Assembly (NCBI GenBank): GCA_965246745.1
Contig: OZ251980.1
Span: 1,444,280-1,508,279 of the forward strand
Direction: 5' to 3'
DNA length: 64,000 nt
Source: Capsulimonadaceae bacterium
GTDB lineage: Bacteria > Armatimonadota > Armatimonadia > Armatimonadales > Capsulimonadaceae
The position numbers and the translations under genes were made by a program. Every line of letters starts with the position of its first letter. Position 1 is the stretch's first letter. Below, piece by piece: positions 55,016-62,390 of this stretch. The notes beneath the pieces were generated by a model. The model did no database searches and was not told the DNA's origin. It saw only the letters and a program-made list of their open reading frames with translations.

Positions 55016-56067
55016 TGGGAGACGCCCATTTTCCAGGTCACGCGCAGCCAGCCGCACAGCGCAGAAAGCGCTTCCGGCGCGACCGGACCGGCCATTCCTA
55101 GATCGGCTTCATTGGTGACGGACTTCAAGTTGTGGCTTGCATTTGGAATCAGCGACACTTGATAGGTGCCATGCGTCCGGCTGCTCAGCGCAGCTTTTAG
55201 CACGGGCAGATCACGCTCGGCGGAGACTTGGACATCTTTTTGGCCTTGAATGACAAGCACCGGGCCGGAAAACTGGGCGGCAAGCTTTGCGGGGTCTGCC
55301 AACTGGACACTGCGGTAGAATTTGCCGATATAAGCAGGATAAAGGGCAGCAAGGCCGGCTGGCACATCGTCCGGCACGACGCCGGTGCGCTCGATAGCGG
55401 CGGCAATCTCGCGGTTCTTGGAGAGAAAATAGTTTGTCTGCGCCGGGGTTGCCCCCTGAAGCCTCAGAATACGGACAAGCTGGTCGTTGACAACGACATC
55501 GTAGGTTCGGCCTGCGGTAGACACGAGCACCAGAAGGCTCGGCGGCTGAGAGCCGCTGATCTGCTGCGTGGCCTGCAAAGCGATCAGACCGCCCTCGCTG
55601 TGGCCGAGAAAGCCGGTGCGCCGGGCATCTATACCGGGCTGCTGCTGCAAGTCGCGCAGGGCGGCAGTAGCGTCACCGACAAAGTTCTCCCAGGCGGCGT
55701 AGTCTGCTAAGTTTGCCTGGTCGGCAGGGGACATGACGCTGCCGCCGACCCCGCGCTTATCGTAGCGCAGACTGGCAATGCTTTTCGACGCCAGCCGCTG
55801 GGCGATCTGCTTCAGCAGGTCTGTCTGCACCGGCCCGGAGTTGCCGTCCCGGTCGGTCGGTCCGCTCCCGGCAATTAAGACTAGCCCCGGCACGGCAGAC
55901 TGACCGGAATGAACCGGCAGGGTGAGCGTTCCCGTCAGTACAGCGCCGCCGACGCCCGTGAAAGTCACCGGCTTCTCCGTGTACGGCGGTTGGTTTGTCT
56001 GGGAACAGCCGGGCAGAGAAGCCAGCAGCAGTAACAGCGGGAGGCTTAAGAAAGCATGCCGCTTCAT
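55012..56067 (-). CDS. alpha/beta hydrolase (lipoprotein signal peptide)
   Basis: The nucleophile motif is GHSEGG and there is a lipobox (LASLPGCS). Confidence 0.7.
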   Translation of the reverse strand: MKRHAFLSLPLLLLLASLPGCSQTNQPPYTEKPVTFTGVGGAVLTGTLTLPVHSGQSAVPGLVLIAGSGPTDRDGNSGPVQTDLLKQIAQRLASKSIASLRYDKRGVGGSVMSPADQANLADYAAWENFVGDATAALRDLQQQPGIDARRTGFLGHSEGGLIALQATQQISGSQPPSLLVLVSTAGRTYDVVVNDQLVRILRLQGATPAQTNYFLSKNREIAAAIERTGVVPDDVPAGLAALYPAYIGKFYRSVQLADPAKLAAQFSGPVLVIQGQKDVQVSAERDLPVLKAALSSRTHGTYQVSLIPNASHNLKSVTNEADLGMAGPVAPEALSALCGWLRVTWKMGVSQ

Positions 56068-56150
56068 TTTCGTTCTCTCCTGTTTTGTATATTTAGCCAA
56101 TTATCTAATTATAATAGTTTAGGCTGGGTTTGTCAAGAGGCAAAAAGCAG

Positions 56151-56310
56151 GGCGAACACAAGGTTCGCCCCTACGGGGTACAGAATAGGATTAGGAACGG
56201 GATGTAGGGCGCGAACCTTGTGTTCGCCCTTCTGGTTTATGTTCGCCCTTCGGGGCTGTTATTTACGCCCTTCTGGTTTATGTTCGCCCTGCTTATTGTG
56301 TTCGCCCTCC
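56151..56310. repeat. Cluster of short direct and inverted repeats built on TTCGCCC (ggcgaacacaaggttcgcc palindrome; TTCTGGTTTATGTTCGCCCT x2; GTGTTCGCCC x3)
   Basis: Read directly from the sequence. The cluster lies upstream of the radical-SAM gene. Confidence 0.55.
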
Positions 56311-56347
56311 CTTTCCTATCTGGTGCGGGCCTGCTCGCTGCTCTGCC

Positions 56348-57481
56348 TCACGTCCAGTACAAAATCCGGCCCTGCGGGAAGCGGCGGGCGATCTCGGACT
56401 CGAAAAAGCGGCGCAGGGTCTTCATCATGTCTTTTTTGTAGACGTACTTGACGCCGCCGAACTTGTTGCGCTTTTCGTCGCGCGTGTCTTCAATCATATC
56501 CAGCGTCGTCTTCGGATACCATGACTGCAAGACTTCTTTCGAGCCGGGGGTGAACCGATGCGTGATCAGCTCAAATGTAATGTCAGGCGCAAAGCCCACG
56601 GCGGCTTCAGCGTCGTCGAGAAGCTGCGTGTACTGCGCTTCCCAGTCGTCTACGGGGATAATCGGCGCGATGACGACCCCGATGGGATAGCCGCCGCCGC
56701 CTTCGGACCGAGGCAGCGCCAGGCGGCGCAGGGCATGAAGACGCGCAGACACCGGCGCGACCCCGCCTTCGAGGCGACGCGCAACCGTGTCGGCATTGAC
56801 CGAGGCGCGGGGGCGTGTGTGGCCGTTGTGCGGCAGGTCCAGCAGCGGCTCAACGGCGTCAAACTTGGTGGTGTACCGCAGGTACGCGTTCTCACGCGTG
56901 CCGAACCAGCGGATCGTCTCGGCCAGCGACCCCGTCAGGTGCTCCAAAGACAGCGGATCGGTATAGCACGATGCTTCAAACGTCGTCCCTAAGTCTTCGT
57001 TGCGGCCCGCGCCGGGCTTTTCGTAGTGCGCTAGATTGTCCAGGATAAACGGCAGATTGGCAAAGGCTCGGATAACCGGCGGGCCGGCGAGGCTGCCTGC
57101 CAAATAACAATACTGACAGTGCGCGGGGCAGCCCTCAGCGAGGTGAAACTGCCAGTCGGCGCTCGGCGGGATCGGCTGAAGCTTGGCCGCGCCGGGGGCG
57201 GCATTGACCACGGCCAGGGTGCGCTTGGCTTTGTTGTACGTCGCCCGCGCATCGTCCCCGCGCAGATTAGTCAAACGATTGCTTTTCAGGACTTCGACGG
57301 GAACGCCGAGCGCTTCGACGCGGCTGCGTATCTGCCGCCCCCACGCCCCTTCCAGGGCGGCGGGCGTAAACTGGGCCGTCTGCGGCATCCACAAGCGCGG
57401 CTTCGGCGGCGCGGCCGGGGCCGCTGAGATCGGAGCCATTAAAACCGGGGACACAATCGGGAGTTCTTGTGTGCTGTTCAT
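56348..57481 (-). CDS. Spore-photoproduct-lyase-family radical SAM protein (SplB-like DNA repair)
   Basis: The radical SAM CxxxCxxC motif is CPAHCQYC. The overall SP-lyase family pattern continues through the C-terminal region …RFFESEIARRFPQGRILYW. Confidence 0.7.
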   Translation of the reverse strand: MNSTQELPIVSPVLMAPISAAPAAPPKPRLWMPQTAQFTPAALEGAWGRQIRSRVEALGVPVEVLKSNRLTNLRGDDARATYNKAKRTLAVVNAAPGAAKLQPIPPSADWQFHLAEGCPAHCQYCYLAGSLAGPPVIRAFANLPFILDNLAHYEKPGAGRNEDLGTTFEASCYTDPLSLEHLTGSLAETIRWFGTRENAYLRYTTKFDAVEPLLDLPHNGHTRPRASVNADTVARRLEGGVAPVSARLHALRRLALPRSEGGGGYPIGVVIAPIIPVDDWEAQYTQLLDDAEAAVGFAPDITFELITHRFTPGSKEVLQSWYPKTTLDMIEDTRDEKRNKFGGVKYVYKKDMMKTLRRFFESEIARRFPQGRILYWT

Positions 57482-57649
57482 ACTTATTGAACAGCCGCGT
57501 GCCCTTCGGCGTTCCTCAGTTCGCTCCAAAATTGCCTGATTGTCCGAAAAGCGCTCATGTTTGGCGGCAGGCAGGCGATGGATATAATGAGACGAATATG
57601 CTGAAACCGGCAGAGCTTTTCTGCTGCTGACAAATACAAGGAAAAATCA

Positions 57650-57931
57650 ATGATTGCCTCAATACTGATGTGGCTGGTGGTCGGCTTTCTTGCCGGCCTG
57701 CTTGCCAAAGCAATTGTGCCCGGCGGCGCGGCCAAGCCGAGCGGCTTTCTCGGGACGGCCCTTCTCGGCATTGTCGGCGCGATTGTCGGGGGCGCGATTT
57801 ATTATCTCGTGTCCGGCGGCAACACCGGCTTCCGCACCCATTTCGACCTTGCCAGCATTTTGTGGGCGACACTCGGCGCGATTGTCGTGGTTGCGATTGA
57901 GCGGGCCGTCGCCGGCCGCCGCGCGATTTAG
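57650..57931 (+). CDS. GlsB/YeaQ/YmgE-family small membrane protein
   Basis: 93 aa, Gly-rich, with TM helices (LVVGFLAGLLAKAIVPG…IVGAIVGGAIY). Confidence 0.8.
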   Translation: MIASILMWLVVGFLAGLLAKAIVPGGAAKPSGFLGTALLGIVGAIVGGAIYYLVSGGNTGFRTHFDLASILWATLGAIVVVAIERAVAGRRAI

Positions 57932-57952
57932 TTTTCTCGCGCAGACGAAAAG

Positions 57953-57987
57953 CGCCGGGAGCCTTGATTGGCTCCCGGCGTTTTTTT
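57953..57987 (+). terminator. Rho-independent terminator
   Basis: The sequence is cgccgggagccttgattggctcccggcgttttttt. Confidence 0.65.
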
Positions 57988-57994
57988 GGGACTG

Positions 57995-59095
57995 CTACTC
58001 CATCCGCCACAGAAAATAGACGCCGAGGCCCATAAACAGCAGGGCCGGGGACCAGGCGGCCAGGGCGGGCGGCATCCGGCCCGCCACCCCCAAAATCTTG
58101 GTCAGCAGCAGCGTGTTCCAGGCCACCCAGACCATGATGATGCTTAAAAAGATGCCCATGTACGCCCCCGCGCGAGCGAACCGCAAAGCCAGCGGCGGGG
58201 CGCACAGCGCAAAGCCGAGGCACAGCAGCGGCAGGCCGAGCTTGGCGTAGTAGTTGAATGCCACACGGGTCGTGTCCTGCCCGGTGCGCTCTAAAGCGGC
58301 CATCTGCTCCCCAAGCTGGGCCATCGACAGGGTGTCGGGGGTATCCGCCGCCGCGCCCGCCATGCTGCCGAGCGGCACCTGCAAGTTCAGCGTGATTGTC
58401 TTCGCCTGCGTTTCGGTCGCGACAAAGCCGGTCTTGTCGAACGTGATCAAATGCGCGGCGTGGAGGGTCCAGACATCGTGCTCGTAATCGGCGCTTTGGG
58501 CGGTCATCAAGGTCGCCAGGGAATCGGGACCGACGGGGTTCTCATAGATAATCAGGCCCGAGAGCTGCAATTTATCGGCGCGTCCGCTGGGGTCTTTTTG
58601 GATTTGCCGGATATGAAACGAGTAGTCCTGGAACGTAAACACTTTGTTGGCGGCCACGGTCGGCGACGCTTGCAGGGCGTAGGCGAACAATTGGCCCTGA
58701 GTTTTCTGGAACTCGCGCCAGGCGGCGGGGACCACCCGGTCGCCGACAAAAAACGACGCCGCGCTGGCGAGGACGCCGACGCAGACAATCGGGAAAAACA
58801 GGCGGCGCAAGGACACGCCCGCCATGCGGATGGCCGTGATTTCCGAGTCCCGCGCCAGGCGGTTGACGGCCCACGCCGAGGCCAGCGCGACCCCCGGCGG
58901 CAGGGTCAGGGGAACAAGAATGGGCAGGTTGAAGACAATCAGCCGCAGGACGATCATCGGCGGGATGCCGTTTTTGACGATGTCCTCAATCAGCGGAAAC
59001 AAGGTGTTGCCGACCAGCATGACGACAATCAGCAGAATGCCCCCGACAAACGGCAGCACCATCTCCCCCAGCAGATAACGGTCCAAGCGTTTCAT
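57995..59095 (-). CDS. LptF/LptG-family LPS export permease
   Basis: 366 aa with six TM segments and a periplasmic beta-jellyroll region, matching the YjgP/YjgQ pattern. Confidence 0.75.
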   Translation of the reverse strand: MKRLDRYLLGEMVLPFVGGILLIVVMLVGNTLFPLIEDIVKNGIPPMIVLRLIVFNLPILVPLTLPPGVALASAWAVNRLARDSEITAIRMAGVSLRRLFFPIVCVGVLASAASFFVGDRVVPAAWREFQKTQGQLFAYALQASPTVAANKVFTFQDYSFHIRQIQKDPSGRADKLQLSGLIIYENPVGPDSLATLMTAQSADYEHDVWTLHAAHLITFDKTGFVATETQAKTITLNLQVPLGSMAGAAADTPDTLSMAQLGEQMAALERTGQDTTRVAFNYYAKLGLPLLCLGFALCAPPLALRFARAGAYMGIFLSIIMVWVAWNTLLLTKILGVAGRMPPALAAWSPALLFMGLGVYFLWRME

Positions 59096-59144
59096 GGCAT
59101 CAGCTCTTCATAGCGTAATCCCGGTGGCCTCGGGTATAATCCGC

Positions 59145-59942
59145 TTACTGCGCCGTAAGCTGAATGCTCCAGCCGGTGATGTCGAGATCGGGGGTCGTGA
59201 TGCCCTCGGCGGTCGTGCCGCCGACAATGATGGGGACGCCGTTGACATACTGCGCCACATCCCCGGCGCTTTCGCCGACCCCCGACGTGGAATTGTTGAA
59301 TGTGTTCGCGAGCAGCGTCCCGCCGGCATCGCGGATGATCAAAGTAACATAGCTGTTGCCGGCCTGCTGCGGCGGGTAGAGCGCATCAAAATACTTCGGG
59401 ACCGTGATGTTCTGCCCGTTCGGCGGGACGACATTGGTGGCGATGAAATTGACCTCGAGGCTGTTGATCTGCGCGGCGGTAGTCGCGGTCGTGGTCGTCA
59501 GATAGGCCAGCGGAAGCTGAAAGGTCAGCGTGTTTCCGACCGCCTGCTTTTGGACCAGCCGGTCCTGCCCGAGCACCTGCGAGTTGAACAGGGTCGAGTC
59601 CACGGCGAAATAATTGAAACTGGTTCCGCCGGGCAAAGCGCCGTTGTATTCCACATAATTGGTGAACGCCCCCGCTGCGTAGCCGTTGCCGTAAGGCGCG
59701 GCGACCACGGGGATCGGCCCGGTGATGCTGGAATTGTTCGGCCCCGGCGTGTTGTTCACATTGAACAGCACATAATAATAATAATTCGGGTTGATGTTCC
59801 CGGCGACCGTCATGGTCACGAGAAGCTGCGGCCCGGACACCGGGCTGGTCCCGCCGCCGCTCGGCGACTTGGCGCATCCGGCGGGCAGAAGCAGCAGCGC
59901 GGTCAGCAGCGGCCAAAGACGAAGGCGTAGGGCGTGGTGCAT
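59145..59942 (-). CDS. putative lipoprotein, Asn/Thr/Gly-rich, hypothetical
   Basis: From the ATG at 59942 it reads MHHALRLRLWPLLTALLLLPAGCAK, a lipobox. The rest is low-complexity and beta-rich. Confidence 0.45.
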   Translation of the reverse strand: MHHALRLRLWPLLTALLLLPAGCAKSPSGGGTSPVSGPQLLVTMTVAGNINPNYYYYVLFNVNNTPGPNNSSITGPIPVVAAPYGNGYAAGAFTNYVEYNGALPGGTSFNYFAVDSTLFNSQVLGQDRLVQKQAVGNTLTFQLPLAYLTTTTATTAAQINSLEVNFIATNVVPPNGQNITVPKYFDALYPPQQAGNSYVTLIIRDAGGTLLANTFNNSTSGVGESAGDVAQYVNGVPIIVGGTTAEGITTPDLDITGWSIQLTAQ

Positions 59943-59971
59943 ACGCGTAGTATAGCAGGATTGAGCGTGTC

Positions 59972-61708
59972 TTGACAAGCAGAAGCGGCCCCCCCGCCCC
60001 CAATAATGGGGGAGTCCGAAAAGACATATCTGTGAGGGCGCGGCTTGCCGCGCCCTCTGTTCCTCGTCTGACTCCCCCATTATTGGGGGCGGGGGGGCCG
60101 CTTCTGCGGACGGCCCTCTCCGGCCTGCTGCTGGCGGGGGCGCTGCCGCACCTGGACTGGGGCTGGCTGGCGTGGGTCGGCCTTGCGCCGTTTCTCGCGC
60201 TGTTTCCGTTTCGCAGCAAGCGGGCGGCGTTTGGGCATGGGTTTCTGCTCGGCGTGTGTTACCTGGGCGGAATGGCCTACTGGGTCGCCGTTTTTGCCGC
60301 GCCCATTCTCGGCCCGGCCCTGGGCGTGCTCGGCTGGGCATTGGTGACGGCGTATCAGGCGTTTTACCTTGCCGTCTGGGCGCTCGGGGCGCAGTGGCTG
60401 GCGGGGCGCGGGGTCTGGGCGTGGCGACTAGGCGTGCCGGCGCTGTGGGCGGTGGTGGAATGGTGGCGGCAGTCGGGCGACCTCGGCTTCGGCTGGGGGG
60501 ACCTCGCGTACACGCAGCACCTGGCCCTGCCGGTGCTTCAGCTCACGAAGCTCTCGGGCATTTGGGGCCTGGCGTTTTTGATTGTTCTGGTGAATGTCGC
60601 GCTGGCGGAAGTGGTGAAGGCCCCCCCGCCCCAATTCTGGGGAAAAGCCCCCCCGCCCCAATTCTGGGGAGCCATATGGATAAGAAGGGCGCAGCAAGCA
60701 GCGCCCCTACGGGTTCTTTTCCGGCTCCCCAGAATTGGGGCGGGGGGGCAATTTCCCCTGGCCGTGGCCGCGCTGCTTGTCACTGTTCTAGCCTGCGGCG
60801 GCGTCAGCCTGCGGACCGAGCATCTTGCGCCGACTTTTACAGCGGCGGCTTTGCAGGGCAACATCTCGCAGAATGTCGAGCAGGACGCGGCGTACAAAGC
60901 GCGGGTGACTGCGACGTTCGGTGCCCAAACGCGAAGCGCGGCAGCGCGGGGGGCGACTTTGGTGGTCTGGCCGGAAACAGCGTATCCGGGCTATTTGCAG
61001 AGGGCGGACACAAGCCGCGCCCAAGTCGCGGGGGTTCTCGGCGAAACAGGGCAGACGGCGCTGATTGGGGGGGTGGACTTCGACCCGGCGGAGCGCAAAA
61101 ACGCCAATGCGCTGTTTGCGCTTTCCCCAAGCGGGGCCGTCACAGGCGTCTACCGCAAGCAGCACTTGGTGCCGTTCGGCGAGTTTGTGCCGGGGCGGAA
61201 ATGGCTGCCGTTTCTCGCGGCGCTGCATGTCACAAACTTCGACATGGCGGCCGGCACAGGGGAGCAGGGGCTGCTGGGCGGCGGGCCGGGCATCGGCAAG
61301 ATCGGCGCGGCAATCTGCTTTGAGTCGTCGTACCCGCGCGTCCTGCGCGAGCAGGTGCGGCAGGGGGCGGGGCTGCTGGCGATTTCGACCGACGACGCTT
61401 GGTTCGGGCGGACGGCGGCGGCGCGGCAGCATGCGGCGATTGCGGCGGTGCGGGCGGCGGAAACCGACCGTTATTTAGTCCGCAGCGCGGCGACCGGCGT
61501 GTCGCAGATTGTTGATCCGACCGGGCGGGTGCTGGCCGAAGCGGACTTGTTTCAAGCGTCGGTCGTCAGCGCCCCGGTGCAGTCCCGGTCCACCGTGACG
61601 CCGTATGTCCGCTGGGGCGACTGGTTTATCGGCGTCTGCGTCGTTTTAATTCTCGCCGTTAGTGCTCGTGCTCGCCGCGCAGGAACCGCTCGTAGTTCGG
61701 GCCGCTGA
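59972..61708 (+). CDS. lnt: Apolipoprotein N-acyltransferase Lnt, carrying two in-frame palindromic-element insertions
   Basis: The TM N-domain is LLLAGALPHLDWGWLAWVGLAPFLAL… The CN-hydrolase domain carries …LVVWPETA…ICFESSYP… (E/K/C triad context). The annotated TTG start lies inside element copy 2. Confidence 0.85.
   Translation: MTSRSGPPAPNNGGVRKDISVRARLAAPSVPRLTPPLLGAGGPLLRTALSGLLLAGALPHLDWGWLAWVGLAPFLALFPFRSKRAAFGHGFLLGVCYLGGMAYWVAVFAAPILGPALGVLGWALVTAYQAFYLAVWALGAQWLAGRGVWAWRLGVPALWAVVEWWRQSGDLGFGWGDLAYTQHLALPVLQLTKLSGIWGLAFLIVLVNVALAEVVKAPPPQFWGKAPPPQFWGAIWIRRAQQAAPLRVLFRLPRIGAGGQFPLAVAALLVTVLACGGVSLRTEHLAPTFTAAALQGNISQNVEQDAAYKARVTATFGAQTRSAAARGATLVVWPETAYPGYLQRADTSRAQVAGVLGETGQTALIGGVDFDPAERKNANALFALSPSGAVTGVYRKQHLVPFGEFVPGRKWLPFLAALHVTNFDMAAGTGEQGLLGGGPGIGKIGAAICFESSYPRVLREQVRQGAGLLAISTDDAWFGRTAAARQHAAIAAVRAAETDRYLVRSAATGVSQIVDPTGRVLAEADLFQASVVSAPVQSRSTVTPYVRWGDWFIGVCVVLILAVSARARRAGTARSSGR
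59979..60107. repeat. GC-rich palindromic element, copy 2: perfect 37 bp TIRs (gcagaagcggcccccccgcccccaataatgggggagt) flanking a 55 bp core that contains its own hairpin (gagggcgcggcttgccgcgccctc)
   Basis: Read directly. It overlaps the lnt 5' end. Confidence 0.8.
60620..60749. repeat. GC-rich palindromic element, copy 3: duplicated left arm (gcccccccgccccaattctgggga x2) and right arm ctccccagaattggggcgggggggc
   Basis: It lies inside lnt and is translated in frame as KAPPPQFWGKAPPPQFWG…LPRIGAGG. Confidence 0.8.
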
Positions 61709-62114
61709 CCCCGCAGTCGTAGCGGGCATCGCCCCGGTAGATTTCCAGCCCCGCGCGGAGGCCGCCGGGCGGGTAAAACGAGACAAACCGGAACATTCCC
61801 GACTTGCCGGGCAGGAGCGTTCCCGATGACACCAAATACGTCGGCGATTCGGCTTCGTCAAGCGCCACCTGCCAGCGCAGGCGGGACCAGCCGGGCGGGA
61901 CCGACTTGTGCATCCAAAAGGCGTTTTCGGGGCCGCCGCGTGTCAGCCCGAGCGCCAGCGGCTTCGGCTGATACTCGGGCGTGAAATAATACGGGCCGAG
62001 CCGGATTTGCGTGACTGCCGCCTGGCCTTCGCCGGCCCGCAGCAGCAGCTCGTACAAAAAGCCGTCGTTGCCTGCGGTGCAGGTCAGCATCGGCGCGGTT
62101 TCAGGAATAATCAT
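61659..62114 (-). CDS. hypothetical protein
   Basis: About 151 aa from the internal ATG at 62114 (MIIPETAPMLTCTAGNDGF…). No motifs were recognised. Confidence 0.35.
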   Translation of the reverse strand: MIIPETAPMLTCTAGNDGFLYELLLRAGEGQAAVTQIRLGPYYFTPEYQPKPLALGLTRGGPENAFWMHKSVPPGWSRLRWQVALDEAESPTYLVSSGTLLPGKSGMFRFVSFYPPGGLRAGLEIYRGDARYDCGVSGPNYERFLRGEHEH

Positions 62115-62390
62115 TGGGTGCGGCCTATCGGAGTGTAAAGTTGAAAGCCTGGGAAAATCCGGGGCACCTAACCCTGGGCAGCGGCGGTGCGCCATATCAC
62201 AGCAATTGCTATTATAACAACCTCTATCATAACACACTTTCCGGGAATTTGCGCCGGGACACACGGGAATTCTCAGCGAGGCGGCACGCAAAAAAAGGCC
62301 GGCCCCTGGCGGGGGCCGGCCTCGGCGATTAGCCTTCCCAAGTGATCCGGCGGACGGACCGGACCGGGCGCGGTGCGTTAGTCATGCGCG

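Noticed and set aside
58451-59930. Plus-strand ORFs 58451..59113 and 59094..59930
   Set aside because: They are antisense to the LptF/G and lipoprotein genes, and their R/G/D-rich compositions are artefactual.
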